64,000 bases of DNA from Alphaproteobacteria bacterium. GTDB lineage: Bacteria; Pseudomonadota; Alphaproteobacteria; JAPOUT01; G958296285. The position numbers and the translations under genes are program-made. Where the stretch lies: assembly GCA_965204775.1 (NCBI GenBank), contig CBDBFH010000029.1, positions 1 to 64,000 of the forward strand, in the 5' to 3' direction. Positions within the stretch are counted from its first letter, which is position 1, and every line of letters begins with the position of its first letter. The notes beneath the pieces are model-generated. The model worked only from the letters and a program-made list of their open reading frames with translations, did no database searches and was not told the origin of the DNA. Shown one piece after another: positions 53,366 through 62,489 of the stretch.

Positions 53366-54334
53366 TCAGTCCCGCAATTCCGGCGGAAGTCGGAAGGCCA
53401 TCGTCTCCTCGGCGCTCACCCGCTCCTCGACTTCAATCGCAAAGCGCTCCGCAAAAGCAGACAACGCAGCCGAAACCAGCGCCTCCGGCGCGCTCGCCCC
53501 CGCCGTCAGACCGACCACCCGCGCCGCCTCGACCGAACCCCAATCAATCTCCTCAGGCCCGGCGATCAGAAAAACCCGCCGGCAGCCCGCCCGCCGCGCC
53601 GTCTCCGCCAGACGACGCGAATTCGACGAATTCGACGCCCCGATCACCACAAAAACGTCACACGAACCCGCCAGAGACCAGACCGCGCGCTGCCGGTTCG
53701 TCGTCGCATAGCAGATGTCCTCGCTGCGCGGCAGCAGAATCCCCGGAAAACGCGCCTGCAATATGCGAATGATCTCCCCCGTCTCCTCAACCGACAAGGT
53801 CGTCTGGGTGGCCAGACCCAGCTCCCCCGCCGGGGGCGCAACCGCGCGCGCATCCGCTTCGCTCTCGACCAGCGTGCAGGCCCCGGCGGCAACCTGACCC
53901 ATCGTCCCGGCGACTTCAGGATGATTGGCGTGCCCCACCAAAATAACATGCCGACCCGCCGCGTGATGACGCCGAACCTCATTGTGAACTTTCGAGACCA
54001 GAGGGCAGGTCGCATCAAGCGGGCGCAGACGCCGCGCCCGCGCCTCGCCGGTCACCGCGCGCGAAACCCCGTGCGCCGAAAAAATCACCCGCGACCCCTC
54101 CGGAACCTCCGCCAGCTCCTCAACAAACACCGCTCCCTTCGCGCGAAGCCCCTCGACAACATGACGGTTGTGAACAATCTCATGGCGCACATAAACCGGC
54201 GGACCAAAACGCGCCAGCGCCTCCTCGACAATCTGAACCGCACGCAGAACGCCGGCGCAAAAACCGCGCGGCGACGCCAGCAATATCCGCATAACCGGCG
54301 CCGGTCCCGCCAAAGCCGCCTGCTCGCTCGTCAT
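53366..54334 (-). CDS. ispH: 4-hydroxy-3-methylbut-2-enyl diphosphate reductase
   Basis: LLASPRGFCAGV and ATCPLV motifs; the true start is either 54334 or the downstream Met at 54292. Confidence 0.85.
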   Translation of the reverse strand: MTSEQAALAGPAPVMRILLASPRGFCAGVLRAVQIVEEALARFGPPVYVRHEIVHNRHVVEGLRAKGAVFVEELAEVPEGSRVIFSAHGVSRAVTGEARARRLRPLDATCPLVSKVHNEVRRHHAAGRHVILVGHANHPEVAGTMGQVAAGACTLVESEADARAVAPPAGELGLATQTTLSVEETGEIIRILQARFPGILLPRSEDICYATTNRQRAVWSLAGSCDVFVVIGASNSSNSRRLAETARRAGCRRVFLIAGPEEIDWGSVEAARVVGLTAGASAPEALVSAALSAFAERFAIEVEERVSAEETMAFRLPPELRD

Positions 54335-54420
54335 GTCCGCTTTCATTCCCCGGGCCGGGCCGCTAAAGTCAGGGCACTCTACGCCCTCCGCCGCCTCCCG
54401 CGCAATCCGCCCACGCCCCA

Positions 54421-54963
54421 ATGATCCCTCGCCTCCTCCTCGCCGCGCTCCTCCTGCTCCCCGCCGCCTGCAGCTCGACCAGAGACGCCACCCTGCGCCA
54501 GGCGCGCCATTGCCCCTCCGCCGGAATCCTGCATGGCGCCCAGGCCATCTCAACCCCAGGCTTCCACGCCCAATTCGGCCGAATCAGCGCTGATTGCTCC
54601 ATCTCCGGACAAAACCCGGTCACAATCGAAGTCCGCATCACCCTCTCCGCCACTCTCGAAAGACGCGGCGATAACCCGGAAACCCGGCAAATCCGCCTCC
54701 CGCTCTTCACCGCCCTCACCCTCGATGGCCGGGAAATCATCACCAAGAAACTTTCCAACCCCGCCCTCGATCTGCCCAAAACCTCCGCCTCCGCCCGCTT
54801 CCGGGGCGAAGAAATCCTCTTCTCCCCCGCACAGGGACGGCGCGGCAGCGAATATCAAATCCTCGCCGGATTCCGCGTCTCCCCCGAAACCATGCGCGCC
54901 AACCTCGCCCCCCGCCCCCTCCCCGATCCCCCGCCCCAGCCGCGCCTGATCATCGAGCGTTGA
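54421..54963 (+). CDS. hypothetical lipoprotein (180 aa)
   Basis: Signal peptide plus LLLLPAACSS lipobox-like motif; no family recognised. Confidence 0.45.
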   Translation: MIPRLLLAALLLLPAACSSTRDATLRQARHCPSAGILHGAQAISTPGFHAQFGRISADCSISGQNPVTIEVRITLSATLERRGDNPETRQIRLPLFTALTLDGREIITKKLSNPALDLPKTSASARFRGEEILFSPAQGRRGSEYQILAGFRVSPETMRANLAPRPLPDPPPQPRLIIER

Positions 54964-55011
54964 CTCTTCCGCCCGGACCCGTATCATCAAACCCGACATG
55001 CGCATGAAAAG

Positions 55012-55200
55012 CGCGCGCGGGAGAGACCGGTTGACGGCGCCGAAGGAGCAATCCCCGAAAACTCTCAGGCAAAAGGACCGCACGCGAAAACGCGCAACTC
55101 TGGAAAGCAAGCCGAATCAAACATGATCCGGCTTCACCGAAGGGGTAACGCGGGCTGACGCCCGTTAAATCTCTCAGGTCAAGCGACAGAGGGGGCGAGC
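55012..55200 (+). promoter_or_regulatory. tandem glycine riboswitch (two aptamers) in the gcvT leader
   Basis: Aptamer 1: GGGAGAG...GCGCCGAAGGAGCAA...CTCTCAGGCAAAAGGAC; aptamer 2: CTCTGGAAAG...CACCGAAGGGGTAACGC...CTCTCAGG...GACAGAGGG; followed by hairpin gcctgccgggcaggc ahead of ATG 55250. Confidence 0.75.
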
Positions 55201-55249
55201 CTGCCGGGCAGGCGCGCGCTATCGAGAGTCGCAGGGGGCCGGGAGAAAC

Positions 55250-56422
55250 ATGACAGCGCAACAACAGGCACACGGCAGGCCGACCCCGCTCCATGCCCTG
55301 CATACGGAGCGGCGCGCCCGCTTCGCCCCCTTCGCCGGATATGCCCTGCCGGTCTCCTTTCCCCCAGGGATTCTGGCCGAGCACCGCCATACCCGCACCG
55401 CCGCCGGCCTGTTCGATGTTTCCCATATGGGGCAGGCCGATCTCGAGGCCGATCCCGCCTGCCTCGAAACCCTCTTCCCCGCAGATATCGCCGGACTGAA
55501 CGCGGGGCGTCTGCTCTACACGATCCTGCTCAACCCCCAGGGCGGGATCATTGACGATCTGATCATCGCCCGCCTGTCCGGCAGCCTCTTCCGGATCGTC
55601 ATCAATGCCGCCGGGGCGGAAAACGTCTGCGCCCATATCGCGCAATCTCTGGCCGGGCGCGCCACCCTGCGCCCCCGGCCCGATCTGGCTCTGCTCGCCC
55701 TGCAGGGGCCTTTGAGCGCGCCGGCGCTGGGCAGCCTGTCGCCGAAAGCCGTCCGCCTGCCTTTCATGGCCGCCGCCGCCCTCGATCTGGCCGGACATGC
55801 CTGTCTCGTCAGCCGGTCGGGCTATACCGGCGAGGACGGCTATGAAATCTCCATCCCCGCCGAAGGGGCCGAAACGCTGGCCCGGCAACTGCTCGCGCAA
55901 GACGGCGTAAAACCCGCCGGGCTGGGCGCGCGCGATTCGCTCAGACTCGAAGCCGGCCTGTGCCTCTATGGCAGCGATATCGACGAAACCACCTCCCCCC
56001 TTGAAGCCGGACTCCTCTGGACCATCCCGCCCCGCCGCCGCGCCGAAGCCAATTTCCCCGGGGCCGCCGCCCTGGCCGCACAGATCGAAAACGGCGCCCG
56101 GCGCCGCCGCATCGGCCTCAAAATCAAAAGCCCGCGCCCCGTCCGCGCCCATGCCGAAATCCTCGACGCCAACCGCCGGCCCGCCGGACTCGTCACCAGC
56201 GGCGGAATCGCCGCAACCTGCGATTCCCCAATCGCCATGGGCTATGTCCGCACCGGCTGCGACTCCCCCGGCTCCCCCCTCTTCGTGCGCGCCCGCGATT
56301 CCCTCCTGCCCGCCGAAGCCCATCGCCTGCCCTTTCGCCCCCATCGCTATCACCGGCCCAAACCAAACCCCTCAACAACGCGAGAACGCCATGAGCGAAA
56401 CCTTTTACACCGATCAGCATGA
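55250..56422 (+). CDS. gcvT: glycine cleavage system aminomethyltransferase T
   Basis: GLFDVSHMGQ motif; C-terminal PFRPHRYHR is followed by a 15-aa tail that overlaps gcvH by 32 nt. Confidence 0.9.
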   Translation: MTAQQQAHGRPTPLHALHTERRARFAPFAGYALPVSFPPGILAEHRHTRTAAGLFDVSHMGQADLEADPACLETLFPADIAGLNAGRLLYTILLNPQGGIIDDLIIARLSGSLFRIVINAAGAENVCAHIAQSLAGRATLRPRPDLALLALQGPLSAPALGSLSPKAVRLPFMAAAALDLAGHACLVSRSGYTGEDGYEISIPAEGAETLARQLLAQDGVKPAGLGARDSLRLEAGLCLYGSDIDETTSPLEAGLLWTIPPRRRAEANFPGAAALAAQIENGARRRRIGLKIKSPRPVRAHAEILDANRRPAGLVTSGGIAATCDSPIAMGYVRTGCDSPGSPLFVRARDSLLPAEAHRLPFRPHRYHRPKPNPSTTRERHERNLLHRSA

Positions 56423-56777
56423 ATGGATCCGTCCGCGCCCCGGCGAACCGGCGCGCAGCGGAATCTCCAACTACGCCCAGGATCAGCTCGGCGATATCGT
56501 CTTCGTCGAACTGCCCGAGCCGGGCCGCGCCGTCAAACAGGGCGAGGAAATCGCCGTCGTCGAGTCGGTCAAGGCCGCCAGCGAAGTCTACGCCCCGGTG
56601 AGCGGAACCATCACCGCCGTCAACGGCAAACTCACCAACGACCCCGCCCTCGTCAACGGCGACGCCGAAGGCGAAGGGTGGTTCTTCGAAATCATGCCCG
56701 AAAACGAAAGCGCCGCCGCAAGCCTGATGGACGCCGACGCCTATCGCGCCTTCCTCGACGGACAGAGCCAGGCCTGA
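56391..56777 (+). CDS. gcvH: glycine cleavage system protein H
   Basis: EWIRP...VESVKAASEVYAP lipoyl-Lys motif. Confidence 0.9.
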   Translation: MSETFYTDQHEWIRPRPGEPARSGISNYAQDQLGDIVFVELPEPGRAVKQGEEIAVVESVKAASEVYAPVSGTITAVNGKLTNDPALVNGDAEGEGWFFEIMPENESAAASLMDADAYRAFLDGQSQA

Positions 56778-56781
56778 ACCC

Positions 56782-58122
56782 ATGCGCTACCTCCCGCTCT
56801 CCGAAGCCGACCGCGCGCAAATGCTCGCCGCCATCGGCGTCCAGACCATCGACGGCCTCTTCCGCGACGTCCCGCCGCACCTGCTCAATCCGCCCCTCAA
56901 TCTGCCCCCGCCCATGAGCGAAATCCAGGTTGAGCGCGCCCTCGCCGCCTGCGCCGCCAAAAACCGCGCCGCCGAAGGCGGACCCTCCTTCCTCGGCGCC
57001 GGAGCCTATCGCCACCACATCCCGGCCAGCGTCGATCACCTGATCCAGCGCTCCGAATTCATGACCGCCTATACCCCCTATCAGCCCGAAATCGCCCAGG
57101 GCACCTTGCAGATGCTCTTCGAATTCCAGACCCAGACCGCCCTCCTGACCGGAATGGATGTCGCCAACGCCTCCATGTATGATGGCTCCAACGCCTGCGC
57201 CGAAGCCGTCTTGATGGCGCATCGAATCACCAAACGGCCAAAAGCCGTCCTCTCACCCGCGCTCCATCCGCATTACCGCGCCTGCGTCGAGACGCTGAGC
57301 GGCTTCGCCGGAAAAGAGGTGGTCGAGGCTACGCCCGCCGGGGGGCTTCAGGCCATGACCTCGGCCATCGACGCCGACACCGCCTGCCTCGTCGTCCAGA
57401 ACCCCGACGCCTTCGGCGCCATCGCCGACCTCGCCCCGCTCGCCGAAGCCGCCCATGCCCGAGGCGCGCTCCTGATCGCCGTCTTCACCGAGGCCCTCGC
57501 GCTGGCCGCAATCAAGCCGCCCGGCGAAATGGGCGCAGACATCGCCGTTGGGGAAGGCCAGTCCTTCGGCAATCCAACCAATTTCGGCGGCCCTTATCTG
57601 GGCCTCTTCGCCGCCCGCGAGAAATTCCTCCGCCAAATGCCCGGACGCCTCTGTGGCGAAGCCCGCGACGCCCAGGGCCGCCGCGGCTACGTCCTCACCC
57701 TCGCCGCCCGCGAGCAGCATATCCGCCGCGAGCGCGCCACCAGCAATATCTGCACCAATGCCGGGCTGTGCTGCCTCGCCTTCACCTGCCATCTCGCCCT
57801 CCTCGGCGGCGAGGGACTCGCCAGACTCGCCGCCGTCAACCATGCCGCCGCCGTCCAACTGGCCGAAGCCCTCGAAGCCATCCCCGGCGTCCGGCAGCGC
57901 ACCCCGGACTTCTTCAACGAATTCACCTTCGAAACCCCCATCCCCGGCGCAGAACTCACCGCCGAACTCGCCCGCCAAAATATCCTCGCCGGAGTCCCGG
58001 CCAGCCGCCTCTGGCCCGAACGCGAAAACCTCAAAAACTGCGTCATCACCGCCGCCACCGAACTCAACACCGCAGAAGACGTCAACGCCTATGCCAGCGC
58101 CCTGAGAAAACTCCTCGCATGA
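56782..58122 (+). CDS. gcvPA: glycine dehydrogenase (decarboxylating) subunit 1
   Basis: MRYLPLSEADRAQML...YTPYQPEIAQG motif. Confidence 0.9.
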   Translation: MRYLPLSEADRAQMLAAIGVQTIDGLFRDVPPHLLNPPLNLPPPMSEIQVERALAACAAKNRAAEGGPSFLGAGAYRHHIPASVDHLIQRSEFMTAYTPYQPEIAQGTLQMLFEFQTQTALLTGMDVANASMYDGSNACAEAVLMAHRITKRPKAVLSPALHPHYRACVETLSGFAGKEVVEATPAGGLQAMTSAIDADTACLVVQNPDAFGAIADLAPLAEAAHARGALLIAVFTEALALAAIKPPGEMGADIAVGEGQSFGNPTNFGGPYLGLFAAREKFLRQMPGRLCGEARDAQGRRGYVLTLAAREQHIRRERATSNICTNAGLCCLAFTCHLALLGGEGLARLAAVNHAAAVQLAEALEAIPGVRQRTPDFFNEFTFETPIPGAELTAELARQNILAGVPASRLWPERENLKNCVITAATELNTAEDVNAYASALRKLLA

Positions 58123-59642
58123 AGCCTCCCGCTCCCAAGCCCGCCATAACGCCAATCGCGCCGCCGCGCCATCGCGCGCTCCAGCTGGAAGAGCCGCTCC
58201 TCTTTGAAAAAAAACGCGGCGGCTGCGGCGTCGACATCGATCCCCCCCCGCCCGTCCGGTCCCGCCTCGGAAAACTCGCCCGCCGCCGCCCCGTCAGCCT
58301 CCCCGGCCTCTCCGAACCCGAAGCCATGCGCCATTTCGTTCGCCTCAGCCAGAAAAACTACAGCATCGACTCCGGAATCTTCCCGCTCGGCTCCTGCACC
58401 ATGAAGCACAACCCCCGCCTCAATGAAAAAGTCGCCCGGCTTCCCGGCTTCGCCGGACTCCACCCCCTCCAGCCCCTCGAAACCGCCCAGGGCGCGCTCG
58501 AACTCATGCATATGCTCAGCGCGTGGCTCACCACGCTGTGCGCCATGCCCGCCATCGCGCTCAGCCCGCGCGCCGGAGCACAGGGCGAAACTTGCGGCAT
58601 GATGGCCATCCGCGCCGCCCTCGCCGCGCGCGGCGAGGCGCAATCCCGAACCCGCGTCCTCGTCCCCGACTCGGCCCACGGCACCAACCCGGCGACCGCC
58701 GCCATGCCCGGATGGAAAATCGACCCCGTCCCCGCCGGACCCGACGGGCGGCTCAACCTCAAGGTCTTCCGCGAAAAACTCGGACCCGACGTCGCCGCCC
58801 TCATGCTCACCAACCCCAATACCTGCGGCCTCTTCGAGCGCGACAGCCTCAAAATCGCCGAAGCCCTCCATCAGGCCGGAGGCTTCTTCTATTGCGACGG
58901 CGCAAATTTCAACGCCATCGCCGGGCGCGTCCGCCCCGGCGACCTCGGCGTCGACGCCATGCACATCAATCTCCACAAAACCTTCTCCACACCCCACGGC
59001 GGCGGCGGGCCGGGGGCCGGGCCGGTCGTTTTCTCGCAGGCCCTCGCCCCCTTCGCGCCGCTCCCCGTCCTGCGCCGCGAAAACGGCGGCTTCCGCCTCA
59101 TCGAAAACCCCGCCGAAGCCCGCAAGGCCGGTCTCTCACCCTGCGGGCGGCTCACCGCCTTCCACGGACAGATGGGAATGTTCGTCCGCGCCCTGGCCTA
59201 TATCCTCGCCCAGGGCGGCGACGGGCTGCGCCAGGCCTCCGGCGACGCCGTCCTCAACGCCAACTACATCCTCGCCCAACTCAAGGACACCCTCAGCGCA
59301 CCCTTCCCCGGACCCTGCATGCATGAGGCGCTCTTCGACGACCAATTCCTCGAAGGAACCGGCCTCCAGACCCTCGACTTCGCCAAGGCCATGATCGACG
59401 AGGGCCTCCACCCGATGACCGTCTATTTCCCCCTCGTCGTGCGCGGCGCAATGCTGGTCGAGCCGACCGAAACCGAATCCAAAGCCTCCCTTGACGAATT
59501 CATCGCCACCCTGCGCCGCCTCGCCGAGCGCGCCCAATGCGAGCCGGAGCGCCTCAAAGCCGCTCCCGTCCACGCCCCCCGATCCCGCTTCGATGAAACC
59601 CAGGCCGCCCGCCGCCCCGTCCTGCGCTGGGAGGGAAACTAA
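58119..59642 (+). CDS. gcvPB: glycine dehydrogenase (decarboxylating) subunit 2
   Basis: ATGA overlap with gcvPA; PLGSCTMKHNP motif and HINLHKTFSTPHGGGGPG (PLP Lys region). Confidence 0.9.
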   Translation: MKPPAPKPAITPIAPPRHRALQLEEPLLFEKKRGGCGVDIDPPPPVRSRLGKLARRRPVSLPGLSEPEAMRHFVRLSQKNYSIDSGIFPLGSCTMKHNPRLNEKVARLPGFAGLHPLQPLETAQGALELMHMLSAWLTTLCAMPAIALSPRAGAQGETCGMMAIRAALAARGEAQSRTRVLVPDSAHGTNPATAAMPGWKIDPVPAGPDGRLNLKVFREKLGPDVAALMLTNPNTCGLFERDSLKIAEALHQAGGFFYCDGANFNAIAGRVRPGDLGVDAMHINLHKTFSTPHGGGGPGAGPVVFSQALAPFAPLPVLRRENGGFRLIENPAEARKAGLSPCGRLTAFHGQMGMFVRALAYILAQGGDGLRQASGDAVLNANYILAQLKDTLSAPFPGPCMHEALFDDQFLEGTGLQTLDFAKAMIDEGLHPMTVYFPLVVRGAMLVEPTETESKASLDEFIATLRRLAERAQCEPERLKAAPVHAPRSRFDETQAARRPVLRWEGN

Positions 59643-59782
59643 AGAAAAGTTGGGAATAAGACGATTTTCCAATTTAGATTCGCTTGACTCATGATTCTGG
59701 GCCTTTTAATGATGTTTGGATACAGAATGGTTGGCGCTTGACATATTGAGTAGCGCCTAGTTTCCTTGCAGGAGGGGTATTG

Positions 59783-61207
59783 ATGAATGAATTTTCAGTT
59801 AGTGGTGAGCCTGCCAGGTTAATTCCAACCGCAGCCCCTTCCGCGAAAGAGAAAAGGACTGTTTCTGCTTTTCTGGCTACCGTAAGCGCAGTCCGTCCAT
59901 TGGCGCAACGGATTTTATCTAGGTTAGGTGTAAGTATTCCTGACTCTGGAAATCTTACATGCTTAACTGAAATAACCTTCAAAAATGCAAAGGAAAAAAG
60001 TGGTCGTCCAGATGGACTTATCTATTTTAAGAGGGGCAAAAAAGAGTGGAAGGCGATAGTTGAAGCAAAAACTGATAAAGCCCAAATAGATATTGAGCAA
60101 TTAGAGCAATATGTAGATTTAGCTAAGACTAACCAAATTGATGCGCTCATAACCATTTCGAACCAATTCACTGCTTTTCCTGATCATCATCCTCTCGGTG
60201 CGGAAATAGATAAACGCAGGCTGGGAAGCGTAGGCCTTTTTCATTTATCTTGGCAGTCCATTCTGACACATGTTGCTTTGTTGCATTCGGATGAGAACTA
60301 CGCCCGAAGTGCAGGGGAGGCCTATATCCTGAAAGAGTTTATGAGATTCCTTGGTCATAGAGCGTCGGGAGTGGAGCACTTTACTAAAATGAATAATGAG
60401 TGGCCAGACTTGGTAAAAAGGGTGCAAGAGGGGGCAAGTATACATAAGAACTCTTCCGAAGCTTTGAATACCGTGGCAAGTTGGCATCAGGAGCAACGAG
60501 ACCTCGCCCTGTTAATGTCCGAGAAAACAAAGACGAGTGCAGCTCTCTATATTTCGAGAAAGCACAAAAACGACCCCGTGGCGCGAATAAAAGAAGATGC
60601 AGAGGTTTTAGCCAGTCGTAATGAATTGAACCTTGATCTACACATTCCCAATGTTGCAGGGAATATTTATGTACAAGCTGATATAAAAGGTAGAACATTG
60701 CGTTGCTCAATCAAGGTTGGAGCCCCGAAAGATAAAAAAAGAACTAGTGCGCGAGTGAATTGGTTGCTTCGCCAGTTAAGCCAAGCTCCTGGCTCCAAGG
60801 TGCTTATCTGTCTCAGATCCAAAGGTCGTCGTAGCCTGCAAGTCCCCCTTCAAAAAGTGCGGGACGGCGATCCGTCTGTGAACGGCTACGAGAACGTAGA
60901 AAGTTTTGAAATTATTATGGTAGATTATCTCGCAAGGGATTTTTCTTCATCTCGTAAATTTATAGAGAGGTTGGAAAAATTTACGCTGTCTTTTTACGAA
61001 CACGTTGGAGAAAAGTTGGTGCCTTGGATAGAACGGCCTCCTCGCATAAAACACTCTCCTGAAGAATTAGAGAAAGAGTCAGAAGTTATGGTAAGCAGTG
61101 CCGGTCAAGCTTCTTCTACGCCTGAGCCAAAGTCTCCTGCGTCTGAAGCGGAGATTGCTCGTGAAGACAGGCCAACAACAGATGGATACTCATCTTCGCA
61201 AGAATAA
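59783..61207 (+). CDS. PD-(D/E)xK nuclease-domain protein of unknown function (474 aa) in a low-GC islet
   Basis: N-terminal ...SAKEKRTVSAF...GRPDGLIYFKRGKKEWKAIVEAKTD = E...PD...ExK restriction-endonuclease-fold signature; the rest has no recognisable motif and no P-loop; strong RBS GGAGGGG; GC about 40-45% versus about 67% in flanks. Confidence 0.55.
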   Translation: MNEFSVSGEPARLIPTAAPSAKEKRTVSAFLATVSAVRPLAQRILSRLGVSIPDSGNLTCLTEITFKNAKEKSGRPDGLIYFKRGKKEWKAIVEAKTDKAQIDIEQLEQYVDLAKTNQIDALITISNQFTAFPDHHPLGAEIDKRRLGSVGLFHLSWQSILTHVALLHSDENYARSAGEAYILKEFMRFLGHRASGVEHFTKMNNEWPDLVKRVQEGASIHKNSSEALNTVASWHQEQRDLALLMSEKTKTSAALYISRKHKNDPVARIKEDAEVLASRNELNLDLHIPNVAGNIYVQADIKGRTLRCSIKVGAPKDKKRTSARVNWLLRQLSQAPGSKVLICLRSKGRRSLQVPLQKVRDGDPSVNGYENVESFEIIMVDYLARDFSSSRKFIERLEKFTLSFYEHVGEKLVPWIERPPRIKHSPEELEKESEVMVSSAGQASSTPEPKSPASEAEIAREDRPTTDGYSSSQE

Positions 61208-61220
61208 AGCTGGATGCCGC

Positions 61221-61724
61221 CTAATCGCGACGCGCTACGTCAAGACCCCCAGCGTCAAAACGTGATTCAATCTCCTCAATCGCCCGCGCAACCGACTTCG
61301 CCTGCTCCGCCTCCTCCCCGGACAGAATGATCCGCGCCGCCCGAACCGCCAGCGCCGCCGTCTCAGTCTCAATCCGCCGAACCGCCGCGCGCCCCGCCTG
61401 CGCAATCCGCTGATCCGCCATCTCCTCGCGCCGCGCCAGAAGCTCCTCCGTCTTGCGCCGCTCCTCCGCCGCGCGCCGCTCCGCCTCCTCCAGACCCTCG
61501 CGCACAATCGCCTCGGCCTCCACCTTGCTCGCGCGCAATTTCTTCTCCTGCGCCTCCAGAATCTTCAAAGCCTCGGCGCGTAAACTCCGCGCCTCCTCCA
61601 ACTCCTCGCGAATCGCACGGCCCCGCGCATCCAGCCCCGCCAGAACACGCTGCGGAACCCGCAAATAAACCAACAGCGCCGCAAGACCCGCAAAACTCAC
61701 CAAAACCCAGAAATCCGCGCTCAT
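61221..61724 (-). CDS. atpF: F0F1 ATP synthase subunit B
   Basis: N-terminal TM followed by a long Ala/Glu/Arg coiled coil; conserved atpB-E-F'-F order. Confidence 0.85.
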   Translation of the reverse strand: MSADFWVLVSFAGLAALLVYLRVPQRVLAGLDARGRAIREELEEARSLRAEALKILEAQEKKLRASKVEAEAIVREGLEEAERRAAEERRKTEELLARREEMADQRIAQAGRAAVRRIETETAALAVRAARIILSGEEAEQAKSVARAIEEIESRFDAGGLDVARRD

Positions 61725-62213
61725 CTACCCCTCCGCCTTCGCCCGCCGGACCGCCCGCGACGCCTGCGCCGCGCTCGTCTCCCCGCCGGTCAGGCGCTCG
61801 ACGATCAACTGCGCCGTTCGAACCGCCGCCGCCTCAATCGCCCCCGCGCTCTTCTCCGTCATCACCGCAATCCCGGCCTCGGCGCCGGAAACCCGCTCCT
61901 TCAGCGCCGCCGCGTGCGCCTCCTTTTGCCCGTCCAGCTTCTGCCGGGCCTCCTCCTCTATCCGCCGCGCCCGCGCCCGCGCCGCCTCCCGCGCCTCCCC
62001 CCGCGCCGCATCATAGGCCGCCTCCGCCTCCCGCGCCCGCGACAGCGCCGCTTCCGTCTCCTCCCGGCGCCCCTGCGTCAGACGGCGGCGCTCCTCCAGC
62101 GTCTCCGACAGCGCCGGAAGCGCATAGCGCGACAAAAAAATATACAAACACCCAAAAACCACCGCCAGCCAGAATAACTGCGACGGATAAGAGGCAAACT
62201 CCAACTGCGGCAT
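61725..62213 (-). CDS. atpF2: F0F1 ATP synthase subunit B'
   Basis: MPQLEFASYPSQLFWLAVVFG... TM followed by a coiled coil. Confidence 0.85.
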   Translation of the reverse strand: MPQLEFASYPSQLFWLAVVFGCLYIFLSRYALPALSETLEERRRLTQGRREETEAALSRAREAEAAYDAARGEAREAARARARRIEEEARQKLDGQKEAHAAALKERVSGAEAGIAVMTEKSAGAIEAAAVRTAQLIVERLTGGETSAAQASRAVRRAKAEG

Positions 62214-62237
62214 CCGATCCCGGCCTCCGCGACCGCC

Positions 62238-62465
62238 CTAAAAGACAAACAACAGAATCATCGCGACCATCAGGCCAAACAGACCCGTCGCCTCGGTCAG
62301 CGCAAAGCCCAGAAGCAGATTGGGAAACTGCCCCTGCGCCGCATCCGGATTGCGCAGCGCTCCGGACAGGTAATTCCCGAAAATCACGCCAATCCCAACC
62401 CCGGCTCCCGCCAGCGACAGGCACGCAATCCCCGCTCCAATCAATTTTGCTGCTTCCGCGTCCAT
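62238..62465 (-). CDS. atpE: F0F1 ATP synthase subunit C
   Basis: 75-aa proteolipid; GAGIGIG...ALTEATG. Confidence 0.9.
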   Translation of the reverse strand: MDAEAAKLIGAGIACLSLAGAGVGIGVIFGNYLSGALRNPDAAQGQFPNLLLGFALTEATGLFGLMVAMILLFVF

Positions 62466-62489
62466 CTTCTCCTCCTTTCCTGGGTGAAC

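Noticed and set aside
52436-54424. 662-aa plus-strand ORF
   Set aside because: Arg/Gln/Pro-rich junk antisense to thrB and ispH, both of which have clear catalytic motifs on the minus strand.
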